This document shows positions 23,112-35,606 of a stretch of DNA of 64,000 bases, in pieces (within the stretch, counting starts at the first letter, position 1; every line of letters begins with the position of its first letter). The notes under the pieces are model-generated. The model saw nothing but the letters and a program-made list of their open reading frames with translations. It was not told the origin of the DNA and did no database searches. This DNA is from Fistulifera solaris (lineage: Eukaryota): assembly GCA_030295235.1 (NCBI GenBank), contig AP026173.1, forward strand, positions 434,001 through 498,000, read 5' to 3'. Both the position numbers and the translations under genes were made by a program.

Positions 23112-26100
23112 ATGTCGGCATTGCCGAAGAAAATACCGCGAAAGCTGTTTAGCTACGACGACGTCGAACCTACGCCTGCGACAGAGCCCCCGCGACCGAC
23201 GTCCGAAGCCGCTCAGAATTATATTCCCAACTCGTATCAAAATTCCAAGTTGTCGCATGCCAGCATCCAAGCCATCCGAGACAAAAGCACTCTCTCGCCG
23301 GAATTGCGAAGCCAGATCGACTATCAGCAGAGTGACGGATTGTATCCGGCTTCGTTCCCTCACTATGTTCGAGGCCGTGACAGTTTGCGCAAACACATCA
23401 CTCAACTCTTCACCAGCCGAATCGCCATCTATGACGGTGCGATGGGGACGATGATTCAAAATTATGCCAAGAAGAACAAGCTGGAAGAGGACGAGTACCG
23501 CGGAGACCGCTTCAAGGATTGGAAGTGCAACGTGAAAGGCAACAATGATATGTTGAGCATCACTCAGCCGCACATCATTCAGGGAATCTACCGCCAGTAC
23601 CTCGAAGAGGGAGGATCTGACTTGATTGGCACCAACACGTTTTCGTCAACGACCATCGCCATGGCCGACTACGAGATGGAGGCGTACGCGTACGAACTGA
23701 ACTACTGGGGTGCCCGCTTGGCCCGCGAGGTTTGTGACGAAGTAACGGCCAGAGACCCCACCAAGCCGCGTTTCGTTGTGGGTGCGATTGGTCCAACGAA
23801 CCGCACCGGTTCGATTTCTCCTTCTGTGGAAGACCCGTCCGCCCGGAACGTGACATTCGACGAGTTGGTGGAGACGTATTTCGAGCAGGTGGTTGGATTG
23901 ATGGATGGTGGTGCCGATATATTGATGGTAGAGACCATCTTCGACACGTTGAATGCCAAGGCGGCTTTGTATGCGATTGGGGAGTATTTGGAGTTTAGCG
24001 GCTTGGATATTCCTGTGTTTGTGTCTGGTACTCTCGTTGATCAGTCGGGCCGCACGCTTTCGGGTCAGACCGGCGAGGCGTTCTACGCCTCGATCCGCCA
24101 CGCGAAGCCGATGTGCGTCGGATTGAACTGCGCCCTTGGTGCCCAACACATGACCCCGTTTGTGGAACGATTGGCCGGTTGCGTCGAGTGCTTTATGCAT
24201 GTTTGTAAGTATATGGAACTGGAAATAATGCAGGTGTATACGCTGCCCTGCTTTGCTTACCCTTTTGACACCTTGTCGTTTCAGACTCGAACGCCGGTCT
24301 CCCGAATGCAATGGGCGGGTACGACGACTCTCCGGAAACGATGGCGGAACAGAATCGGTTGTTTTTTGAGAACGGTTGGCTCAATATGGTGGGCGGTTGT
24401 TGTGGGTCTACTCCCCCTCATATCAAGGCTATTCGTGAGGTCTCGGAGGGCTACAAGCCGCGAAAGCTTCCGGATGTCGGCCGTCCCAAAATGTGGCTAT
24501 CGGGCCTTGAGGATATGAAGGTAGAGGACGTGCACAACCACCTCGGTCTTCCGTTCTTGAATGTTGGCGAGCGCTGCAACATTGCGGGCTCGATCAAGTT
24601 CAAGAAGTTGATGATGGCGGGAGACTACGGTGCAGCGATGGACATTGCCAAGCAGCAGGTCGAGGACGGAGCGCACGTGATTGACATTAACGTTGACGAC
24701 GGCATGCTTGATGGTCTGGCAGCTATGCAAAAGTTTGTCAAGATAGCTGTGACAGAGCCGGAGGTAGCGAAAGTACCGTTCATGTTGGATGCCTCGAAGT
24801 TCGAGATTGTGTTGGCCGGCTTGAAGTGGTGCCAGGGCAAGCCCATCGTGAACTCTATTTCGCTGAAGGTCGGCGAAGAGATGTTTATTGAGCACGCGAC
24901 GCTGCTGAAGAAACACGGTGCGGCTGTTGTTGTGATGGCGTTCGACGAGGAAGGTCAGGCAGCGACAGAATCGGAGAAGGTCCGCATTTGCAAGCGTTCT
25001 TACGATATCTTGGTGAACAAGGTTAAGTTCCCACCTGAGGACATCATCTTCGATCCGAATGTGTTGACGATCGGTACGGGCATGGAAGAGCACGCGAACT
25101 ACGGTGTGGACTTCATTAATGCCTGCAAGACAATTAAGGAAGAGTGTCCGTACGTTAAGATTAGCGGTGGTATCTCGAATCTGTCGTTCGGCTTCCGTGG
25201 TGTGACGAAGATTCGCGAGTCGATTCATGCCGTGTTTCTGCACCACGCCATTTTGGAGTCCGGTATGGATGTCGGTATCGTCAACGCAAAAGAAATGCTT
25301 GCTATTGACGAGCTGGAACCTGATATGCTTGATTTATGCGAGAATCTAGTTTTCAATAAGACTGAGACCGCTACAGATGACATGTTGGAACGTACCGCTT
25401 TCGAACGAGCCGTTATTGATGCCCATAAGAAAGGATTGCCTCCTCCCCGAAAGCCTCGTGGCAAGATTGTGAACAAACCTAGAATGATGTTCAACTATGA
25501 CAATGTGGAACCTTCGCCTGCGACAGAGCCCCCGCGACCGACGTCCGACGCCGCTCAGAACTATATTCCCAACTCGTATCAAAATTCCAAGTTGTCGCAT
25601 GCCAGCATCCAAGCCATTCGAGACAAAAGCACGCTCTCGCCGGAATTGCGAAGCCAGATCGACTATCAGCAGAGTGACGGATTGTATCCGGCTTCGTTCC
25701 CTCACTATGTGAGAGGTCGCGATAGTTTGCGCAAACACATCACTCAACTCTTCACCAGCCGAATCGCCATCTATGACGGTGCGATGGGAACGATGATCCA
25801 AAATTATGCCAAGAAGAACAAGCTGGAAGAGGACGAGTACCGCGGAGACCGCTTCAAGGATTGGAAGTGCAACGTGAAAGGCAACAATGATATGTTGAGC
25901 ATCACTCAGCCGCACATCATTCAGGGAATCTACCGCCAGTACCTCGAAGAGGGAGGATCTGACTTGATTGGCACCAACACGTTCTCGTCAACGACCATCG
26001 CCATGGCCGACTACGAGATGGAGGCGTACGCGTACGAACTGAACTACTGGGGTGCCCGCTTGGCCCGCGAGGTTTGTGACGAAGTGACGGCCAGAGACCC

Positions 26101-29100
26101 CACCAAGCCGCGTTTCGTTGTGGGTGCGATTGGTCCAACGAACCGCACCGGTTCGATTTCTCCTTCTGTGGAAGACCCGTCCGCCCGGAACGTTACATTC
26201 GACGAGTTGGTGGAGACGTATTTCGAGCAGGTGGTTGGATTGATGGATGGTGGTGCCGATATATTGATGGTAGAGACCATCTTCGACACGTTGAATGCCA
26301 AGGCGGCTTTGTATGCGATTGGGGAGTATTTGGAGTTTAGCGGCTTGGATATTCCTGTGTTTGTGTCTGGTACTCTCGTTGATCAGTCGGGCCGCACGCT
26401 TTCGGGTCAGACCGGCGAGGCGTTCTACGCCTCGATCCGCCACGCGAAGCCTATGTGCGTGGGCTTGAACTGCGCCCTTGGTGCCCAACACATGACCCCG
26501 TTTGTGGAACGATTGGCTGGTTGCGTCGAGTGCTTTATGCATGTTTGTAAGTATATGGAACTGGAAATAATGCAGGTGTATACGCTGCCCTGCTTTGCTT
26601 ACCCTTTTTGACACCTTGTCGTTTCAGACTCGAACGCCGGTCTCCCGAATGCAATGGGCGGGTACGACGACTCTCCGGAAACGATGGCGGAACAGAATCG
26701 GTTGTTTTTTGAGAACGGTTGGCTCAATATGGTGGGCGGTTGTTGTGGGTCTACTCCCCCTCATATCAAGGCTATTCGTGAGGTCTCGGAGGGCTACAAG
26801 CCGCGAAAGCTTCCGGATGTCGGCCGTCCCAAAATGTGGCTATCGGGCCTTGAGGATATGAAGGTAGAGGACGTGCACAACCACCTCGGTCTTCCGTTCT
26901 TGAATGTTGGCGAGCGCTGCAACATTGCGGGCTCGATCAAGTTCAAGAAGTTGATGATGGCGGGAGACTACGGTGCAGCGATGGACATTGCCAAGCAGCA
27001 GGTCGAGGACGGAGCGCACGTGATTGACATTAACGTTGACGACGGCATGCTTGATGGTCTGGCAGCTATGCAAAAGTTTGTCAAGATAGCTGTGACAGAG
27101 CCGGAGGTAGCGAAAGTACCGTTCATGTTGGATGCCTCGAAGTTCGAGATTGTGTTGGCCGGCTTGAAGTGGTGCCAGGGCAAGCCCATCGTGAACTCTA
27201 TTTCGCTGAAGGTCGGCGAAGAGATGTTTATTGAGCACGCGACGCTGCTGAAGAAACACGGTGCGGCTGTTGTTGTGATGGCGTTCGACGAGGAAGGTCA
27301 GGCAGCGACAGAATCGGAGAAGGTCCGCATTTGCAAGCGTTCTTACGATATCTTGGTGAACAAGGTTAAGTTCCCACCTGAGGACATCATCTTCGATCCG
27401 AATGTGTTGACGATCGGTACGGGCATGGAAGAGCACGCGAACTACGGTGTGGACTTCATTAATGCCTGCAAAACAATTAAGGAAGAGTGTCCATACGTCA
27501 AGATTAGCGGTGGTATCTCGAATCTGTCATTCGGCTTCCGTGGTGTGACGAAGATTCGCGAGTCGATTCATGCCGTGTTTCTGCACCACGCCATTTTGGA
27601 GTCCGGTATGGATGTCGGTATCGTCAACGCGAAGGAGATGCTAATGATCGAAGAAGTCGAGCCCGAACTCTTGACGGCTTCTGAGAATTTAGTTTTCAAT
27701 AAGTCCGAGGATGCAACCGAAGTTATGCTCGAGCTTACTCGAAAAGAAAAGGAAAGACTTGAAGCTTACAAAGCCGGAGGGGGTGTTGCAATGAAAAATG
27801 AAGCATCATGGCGTGATCAAGATGCTGTGAAGAGGCTCGAGCACGCCCTTATTAATGGAATTTCCGAGTTCGTCGATCAGGATGTTGAAGAAGCTCGTCA
27901 GAAGTGCGCTAAACCCCTTGATGTCATTGAAGGACCGCTCATGGACGGAATGAATGTTGTCGGTGACCTCTTTGGAGCCGGGAAAATGTTTTTACCACAA
28001 GTTATTAAGTCAGCTCGTGTTATGAAGAAGGCCGTGGCATACCTGTTACCGTTTATGGATGAAGAAAAAGGCAAAACCTGATTGCCCAGGGACTCAATCC
28101 TGATGACTTCGACCAGAACGATGATTCAAATTACGCCGGAAAAGTGCTGATGGCAACGGTGAAAGGCGATGTCCATGATATCGGCAAGAATATTGTCGCA
28201 GTTGTTCTCGGCTGTAATAATTTCAAAGTTTACGATATTGGCGTGATGTGTTCATGTGAAATGATTCTTGAAAAGGCAAAGGAATACAACGTGGATGTGA
28301 TTGGATTGTCAGGCTTGATTACTCCTTCCTTGGACGAAATGGTCGTTGTAGCTAAAGAGCTTTCCAAGGGCGGTTTCAAGCAACCTCTGCTGATTGGTGG
28401 TGCCACGACATCTAAAATGCACACTGCTGTAAAGATTGCTCCTAATTATTCCTCCGCAGAACATCCAGTGATCCATGTGCTGGATGCCTCTCGCTCTGTA
28501 ACGGTGGTGTCGTCACTTCTTGGTAACGCCAAAGAAGACTACGTGGCTGACATACACGAAGAGTACGAGGAAATGCGCGAAGATTACTATGCTGGTCTTG
28601 AGGACAGATATTTCTTAACTTTTGAGCAAGCAAAGCAACAGAAATTCAAAATCGATTTCGAGAAATCACCCCTGCTCCACAACCTAAGCAAATCGGTACA
28701 ACGTTGATAGACAAAGTGAAGCTATCAGACGTCGTTCCGTACATCGATTGGGTAAGCAGAACCGAACGATCGATTTAGGGCTTGTTTGTTCATCGCATCG
28801 TATCTCACTGTTTTACGCTATATTCAACAACAGAATCCTTTCTTCCAAACTTGGGAATTGCGTGGACGATATCCAAACCGTGGATATCCAAAGATTTTTA
28901 ACGATGAAGCTGTAGGCAAAGAAGCAAAGAAGCTTTTTGACGATGCTCAATCAATGATGAAGGAAATCATCGCAGATGGAAGCATGTGGTTGACTGGTGT
29001 TGTTGGGCTCTTCCCTGCAAATCGCTCGGACGATGGTGAAGATGTCGAAGTTTACGAAAATGAAGCAGACAGAGAGGCAGGAACACCCAAAGCGAAATTC

Positions 29101-29700
29101 TGCATGTTGCGGCAGCAAGCTGAGAAAGAATCGGACGACCCGTTCTTTTCTCAAGCTGACTTTGTAGCTCCAAGAGGAATGAAAGATCACCTGGGAATGT
29201 TTGCCGTTTCCTGTCTAGGCTGCGACGCTCTCGTTGACAAGTATGAAAAGATCAACGACGATTATTCCAAGATCATGGCCCAGGCCCTGGCTGACCGCTT
29301 TGTAGAAGCCTTTGCTGAGTATCTTCACCGAGAGATCCGTGTCAACATGTGGGGCTACGCACCGGACGAAAAGTTGAATGAGGCCGATTTGTTGAAGATC
29401 AAGTACGATGGAATTCGTCCGGCCCCTGGATATCCCTCCCAGCCGGATCACACAGAGAAAACCACTATGTGGGAGCTTATCAAAGCTAAGGAACTTGCAG
29501 GGATCGAGCTTTCCGAATCTTTGAGCATGATGCCGGCTAGTTCGGTTTCAGCTCTGGTATTCGCTCATCCCCAAGCGGAATACTTTGCCGTCGGCCAGGT
29601 GGGCAAAGACCAAGTCGTAAGTTACGCGGAACGCAAGAACATGAAGCTGGAAGTCTGTGAGCGATGGCTGTCTCCCATCTTGAACTATGAGCGAGACTGA
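23112..29700 (+). CDS. METH: Cobalamin-dependent methionine synthase with duplicated homocysteine- and folate-binding domains (about 2,100 aa)
   Basis: [13 protein letters not shown] and GGCCG (Zn ligands), VGERCN, DINVD, NSISLK and SGGISNLSF each occur twice. A single cap (LIEGPLM-type VIEGPLM, KMFLPQV), DVHDIG B12 motif and RPAPGYP activation domain follow. Introns 24205-24284, 26547-26627 and 28752-28833. Frameshifts at about 28070 and 28670. Confidence 0.96.
23173..25287 (+). repeat. METH internal direct repeat, copy 1 (about 2.1 kb)
   Basis: Near-identical to 25515-27630 (offset 2342-2343), including the intron. Confidence 0.95.
25515..27630 (+). repeat. METH internal direct repeat, copy 2 (about 2.1 kb)
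   Basis: By eye, about 22 substitutions versus copy 1, all but one (E/D) synonymous, plus one T-run indel in the intron. Confidence 0.95.
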
Positions 29701-29809
29701 GGATGAAACAATCAAAAATAATTAAATAAAAAAAAGAAAATAGCTATAATATCCTATATGTGTCGTAGGTCTCGCCCCGTCATTCAGTTGGAATGGACTG
29801 CCCGTCGAA

Positions 29810-30091
29810 TCAAGGACATATCGGCTCACCACATTCGTATCCACGTCCGTAAAAGAATCGCACCCATCGTGTGCATCGAATCACTCCTTGTGGACCACAT
29901 GGATCGTCCGGATCGTACATACTGAATTTGTTGAAAAGAAACCCTTCCTCGCAAATGTCTTCTTTTTCACAAACGCGGGTCGCCGAGACGACCGTCATGC
30001 AGAATAGCAAGAATACGAAATGCTTGAGCACTGCAAAAAATGAGACAGGAGCCCGACACGTGAGAGACCCTTTGCGGAAAATACAGATCAT
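29810..30091 (-). CDS. Small secreted cysteine-rich protein
   Basis: Hydrophobic stretch ending TVVSA, followed by a ~56-aa mature peptide with six Cys that ends GYECGEPICP. Start codon uncertain. Confidence 0.55.
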   Translation of the reverse strand: MICIFRKGSLTCRAPVSFFAVLKHFVFLLFCMTVVSATRVCEKEDICEEGFLFNKFSMYDPDDPCGPQGVIRCTRWVRFFYGRGYECGEPICP

Positions 30092-30847
30092 CCTTTCCGT
30101 CAGACTTACTGTTCCTTTTGTGATAGATCAAAAATGAATTCAAAATGCGAGGTTTCTGATTGCTTTGAAGCGATTATACGAAGACAACAATGAGCGTATC
30201 TTCGTTTGGCGTTAACGCCAGTCGATTCTTTGGGTCACTTTTGTGTTGCATGTCGCATGTGGATTATTTGCTGCGCGCTGCGCCATTCCAAAAACTGCAC
30301 AGAGAAAATTTGCAACGGAAAGTCTTTTACATAAAAAGGCTATACTATGAATGCCGGTGACACACCATTACACAATACGCAGTATAATGCGATATCGCAA
30401 GGATGCACAAGATCGTTGAAGCTGTAGAGCTGCTTTGCACCAAGCTAACGTTTAAGCGACGATCTCTACAGTAGCCTACTTGTACCAGGTAAAGGGAGCC
30501 TTATTTCTTATTTCTCGATGCTACCAGGTATATTTCTTTGTCAACAGCCTACGCTTTGCTTTTGAACATCGGTGGTAAAGCATTAAGTACAAGAGAACAA
30601 AGAAAGATTAAGAAACTTATCGCGTATCACTAAATAGCATTCATGAGATGTATCCTCCGTTCATCATGTATCTTAAAGACTTGAGAGTGAAGTGAAGTTT
30701 TCGACCTTTCAATTTTTTCACGCTCACGTTTACGCGATCTTCTCGATAACTAACGATGCGCTGCTTCGATTCCGAGTCGTAGACAGAAGCTGAAAAGCAC
30801 TTTAAAAGCAGGATGTAACCAATGCAAGCAATAAACGCCTTCCCCCC

Positions 30848-31262
30848 TCAAGCCAATTCAACGGTACTAACTCGATCAAAAATCGGACCGTCTTTATCTT
30901 CGTTTTCACTCGCCACACGGTTCGCGAGTGCGTACAATTGCCGGGCGCGGAACAACCACCGGACCGCCACAAAGGACGCGAAAAAGGGATAGAGGAGCAA
31001 GGGCGGTGTGCCGCAGGTACATCCATCCGCGCACTGGGGAAAAAAAGACGGCAAAGATGGTCAAGACGAGGATGAATTTAACGGTTCCAATGACGGTGAA
31101 AAATTGCGCTGCCAATTGCGGGGCACCATCCAGTCGCGACTTGAGACAACAAATGTAGAGAGATGTCGCGATAGCGGTAAAAGCAAAGGATGCGATGCAC
31201 GCAAAGTTGTAATTGTCGACTTGCATCGACCAATCGGCCGAACAACTCAACGATTGGCTCAT
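30848..31262 (-). CDS. Small multi-pass membrane protein, unknown function
   Basis: MSQSLSC...IFAVFF joins through an A-run frameshift (about 31042) to PQCADGCTCG...VELA. Three hydrophobic segments and a CxxxCxC loop. Confidence 0.6.
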
Positions 31263-31752
31263 TCGGATGAGATCGAGCGTTCTGTAAATAAAAAACAAAG
31301 ACGACCTGATCGCTTATCAGCCGTTCTGTGCGTTTTATCCTGGTGAAAAAAGAAGTTGAGTCAATATTTTATGATAAGAGCACCACTTTTCAAATGTAAG
31401 GTATGCAGACGCGCACAACTTTTTGCTTTCGGTTTCGTGTTTCTTTCTTTTGCGTGAGAAAATCAATCTGGCCTGCAGGCGCGACGACGTTTTTTATAGT
31501 CAGGTTTGTGACGCCACAACCTCATACCGGTACACCGCCGTAGTCACAGTCACACCAACACACGACCGACCCTCTTCTTCCCAATTCCCAAGATGAAGAC
31601 ACTTTTGAATTTTGCAAGGATTCTTTTTAACCTTACATTATTTTATTGAATCACGACTTCTTATAACCAACAAACGACGCTAGCTTCCGATTACTCTGCG
31701 GCCCCGTTTTTGAGACGATATAAATCTGAGCACAAAGGACGTTGCTGTATTC

Positions 31753-32652
31753 ATGAGCCAAGCCGCTTCGCTACCCCACAACTCGGTTCCAGCTGAACGA
31801 GTGGATGACTGGTGAGTCGTCCAAAAGGATTCTGATGGTCCATCGACTGTTCTGTAGCTCTCACAAAGCATTATGATACAGCTACTGCTGTCCCTATGGA
31901 AGCTCACATGCACTTCCGGGGATTCTTTCCGGATTCGCTCTCTTTTTTACCCTCGCCGTTTCCGGAGGCTGTACGTTTCTTCGTGTTTCCGACGCCGTAC
32001 CCATTGACGAATTATTCAACAACAACCCCGCCGGTACGGTTGGGGCCGGGATTTGGTTCTTTGAGGATGTGAATGCCGTTGGTACGGACGCCACATCGTG
32101 CATCGAATACCCCGAATTCTTTCCGACCGACACGGCGTTTCAATTTACGCGATTTTTTTCGACACTGTCGTCGTTCGGAGGAACGGCCCTGTTTGTCATG
32201 TTGATGATTGCGGCCTGTCGCGATTTTTCGAAGTCAAAGTATTTGATGGTGGTGGCCGCCGGATTCTTTGCCGTGTCGTTGGTCTGCATGCTACAGCTGG
32301 TAAGTCGGATGTAAGCGTTACAAAAAGAGTCTTTCTTCGAAGCCTCATAGATCCGATGTTTTTCCTTGGTAAAAGATACTACTGGCGTCCGACCTTTGTA
32401 AAGAAGCATCGGCATGTGAAATGGGTGGGAACGCGAAATTGATCATCATTACATCGTTATTATGGATGCTCGCCGGGGGTCATGACGGCAAAAATGAAAC
32501 GAAAACCAATGCCGAATCGAACCAACGCAACAATGGAACTTCCTCCTCATATTTATCCTCCCGATGATCGAAGTACGGCATTGACCGAAGCAGATCCCGA
32601 CGAGGAGATTGTTGTACCCAATTCGCAACACAGCACACATAATTTAACTTGA
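31753..32652 (+). CDS. Four-TM claudin-like membrane protein, unknown function
   Basis: Reconstructed with introns 31812-31881 and 32300-32374: TM1 (GILSGFALFFTLAV), GIW..C loop, TM2-3, SDLC...CEMG, TM4. The 3' end is uncertain because of a possible G-run slip at about 32477. Confidence 0.6.
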
Positions 32653-32986
32653 TGGTTGAATCTCGATCTCATTACAAATCTTTTCATAGATGAAAGAAAG
32701 GTAACATTGGCTGTTATTTTATTCTCCCAAAGAGTTCCAGCTAGATGGAGGAGCTATTATGTTGTTAGTTGTTATGGTGTTGTGACATGCACCGGTACTA
32801 ACGGACGCCTCACACACCCGTTTCAGTTTTCAGCCGTCCGTTTGCCGTTTCGCCGATTGAATTTGAATATAGGAAAGACACGAAAGTTATTGATCCGAGG
32901 AGAAAAAATATCAAGGAAGGCAATAAACGGTTAACCTATACAATACAATCAACGCGATTCTTCAGATATATACTTTGTAGTGAAAT

Positions 32987-34407
32987 ATGGTGAAGAAGGG
33001 AAAGAAAGACGCCGAAGATCTCGGAGCTATGCGCGCAGCTCGCTTCGGCCGAGTCAAAAATACTCTGTCAATGGGATTTGGTGAGTTTCTATAAATCGCC
33101 CGTCGCGTCTGTTGAATACTGTAGCTCATTTCTTTCGTCTTTCCTGCAGTCGGTCTTCCTAATGTCGGAAAATCCAGTCTCACCAATCTCTTGGCCGGCG
33201 CCAATCACGCCGAAGCCGCCAATTATCCTTTCTGTACCATTGACCCCAATGTGGTGCAGTGCGTCGTACCCGATCAGAAATTCCGTTACTTGGTGGATGT
33301 TTGGAAACCACCCTCGGTTGTGCCCGCCATGCTCAAAGTCACCGATATTGCGGGATTGATTCGGGGCGCCAGTGAAGGAGCCGGTTTGGGAAACGCCTTT
33401 TGTCGCACATTGCGGCCGTCGATGGGATCTTTCACTTAATTCGGGCCTTTGAGAGTGATGAAGTCATTCACGTCGATGATTCCGTCGATCCCGTCCGAGA
33501 CTTGGAAACCATTCAGGGTGAATTGTGTGCGAAAGACAAGGAAACACTCACCAAAGTGATGGAAAAAGAAAAGGAACGCGTGCGCAAAGAGAAGGGGCTA
33601 TCCCGTTCCGCCGATGTTCCCTTGGCCGAAAGCTTTCTGGAGGCCTATGCCAAGTGTGAAAAGCTCATCAATGACAACATTCCGGTGCAAACACATGAAG
33701 ATTTTTCGATGGCCGAAGTGGAATGCATCAAAGATTGGGGTCTCATTACCACCAAGCCGATGATTTATGTAGTCAACTTGTCACAGAAAAACTTTATCCG
33801 CAAAGGCAGCAAATTCCTTCCCAAAATCAATCAATGGGTCAAAGAACATGGCGGTGGTCAAATCATTCCCGTCTCGTGTGAGTTTGAAGAAACATTGCAA
33901 GGTATGCAGGATGACCACGCACAACAAAAAGGTACGTCGGCTGGTTCTTGACACAAACTTTTCGTGGATTGGTTCTTACAAAACACTGCTATTTGGAAAG
34001 CCTTCTTGCAACAGTGCACAGAAGAGGCCGAAGCGGCCGGTTTAAAAGGTCCGCAAGCCGAAGTCAAATCCATGATTCCGCGTTTGATCCGCGCTGGCCG
34101 ACAAGCACTTTGCTTGCAATCGTTTTACACGGCCGGCCCCAAGGAGGTCCGCGCCTGGACCATTATGCAAGGAACACTGGCACCCCAAGCGGCCGGTGTC
34201 ATTCACACGGACTTTGAACGCGGCTTTATTAAAGCCGAAGTCTGTGCCTTTGATGACTTTAAGGCATTGCATCAGGGACAGGCGAGTATGGCCAAAATAA
34301 AGGAAGCGGGCAAATACCGACAAGAAGGCAAGACGTATGCCATGCAAGAAGGTGATATTGTCGTGTTTATGCACAATGTGACTACAGCGAAAAGAAATAA
34401 TAATTAA
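32987..34407 (+). CDS. OLA1: Obg-like ATPase OLA1/YchF
   Basis: [11 protein letters not shown] (across intron 33081-33149), [59 protein letters not shown]. Second intron 33932-34000, frameshift at about 33400. Confidence 0.95.
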
Positions 34408-34656
34408 ATGACTAAAAATTTGGGTTTACAAATTAGATGGGTTTCCTCTATCGTCTTGCACACGTTCGCGTTTTAACACCATTGGCAAATATACGTATTG
34501 AATTCGATCTTCGAGAGTAGACGCTCAATGATTGATATCTTTCATCTTCTTGAAGATGCGATCCTTGTGCTCTAAGAAAAGTGGAAGCTTGTCTCGCATC
34601 GCAACCACGTGTCCTACTTGAGAAATAAGCACCATCTCCTTTTGATCTTACTCGAA

Positions 34657-35061
34657 TCAATCCGCTTGAATACGAAAAGCCCATCGATACAATCGCCGAT
34701 ACCACACATTCTTTCGTTCTCGTTCCAGTCGTCGTTCTTCTAATATCTCGTGCGGTCGTTTGATCCGTTTCGTATTATCAAAATCCGTCTGAACAATTTT
34801 GTTCAATCGATCCATCATTTCGTCGTGTTCGGTTTGGAGGGCGGCTTGCCGCAACGATTGAGATGTTTTTCCTTGCGCCGCTTCCATTTCTTTTAATTTT
34901 CCCTGCAAAGCGCGACTGACCACCCACGCGCCCAGGATGGAAAAGAGAACAAACGGCAGTCCGGCACGTATCATCTCGTTCGTATTGCTGCGTCGATCGG
35001 AAAACCGACGAATCATCTGTCGGTGAGTATATTGTTGTAAGGCGCGTTTGACGAATAGCAT
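34657..35061 (-). CDS. COX16: Cytochrome c oxidase assembly protein COX16-like
   Basis: Basic mitochondrial-type N-terminus, single TM GLPFVLFSILGAWVV, then SL..E...L....DFDNTKRIKRP. Confidence 0.65.
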   Translation of the reverse strand: MLFVKRALQQYTHRQMIRRFSDRRSNTNEMIRAGLPFVLFSILGAWVVSRALQGKLKEMEAAQGKTSQSLRQAALQTEHDEMMDRLNKIVQTDFDNTKRIKRPHEILEERRLERERKNVWYRRLYRWAFRIQAD

Positions 35062-35606
35062 TCTTCCTTTCTGTATGAGGCAACTACTAAATGACAATCA
35101 CTGTTATTCCTTGGTTAGTTCTCTGTTTTCTATTCTCCGTATCATCTTTCGTCAATCAATAAACGACGACGAATGATGTGTACTCCGTACAGGTATGAGA
35201 AAGGGTTCGAAGTTCGAACTGCGTGAAGCGGAATAATCGGCGGACGGACGGACGCTCGATTTCGTGCGTACGGCGTACGTTGGGCGGCAAAAGATTTCTC
35301 CAACTATGATAGTTCAAGTAGAGAGTGAGAGTTATCTCGTGGCGTAACAGCGTCGTACTCATTTGGTTTGAACACACTTTAAATACCGATGACTTCCCAT
35401 TCTAGATCATTGTGCTTCCTGCAATGATGAGTTGTTGTCATGATGTTGTTTTATCATGCGTTGCATGCACCTCTTCAAGGCGTTTTGACTTTCAACTGGC
35501 TTCGGAAGGTTTGATTCTTCATTCTAGGAGTCAACGAGAAAAACATATATTGGGTGAATGATCGTTGGGGAGGGAACTTTTGAAGTTGACGCAATAATAT
35601 CCGCAA

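Noticed and set aside
23173..27630. METH repeat as a pure assembly artefact or two separate genes
   Set aside because: A unique in-frame linker, diverged homologous flanks and almost exclusively synonymous differences argue for a real intragenic duplication. There is no stop between the copies. Read-level confirmation is still needed.
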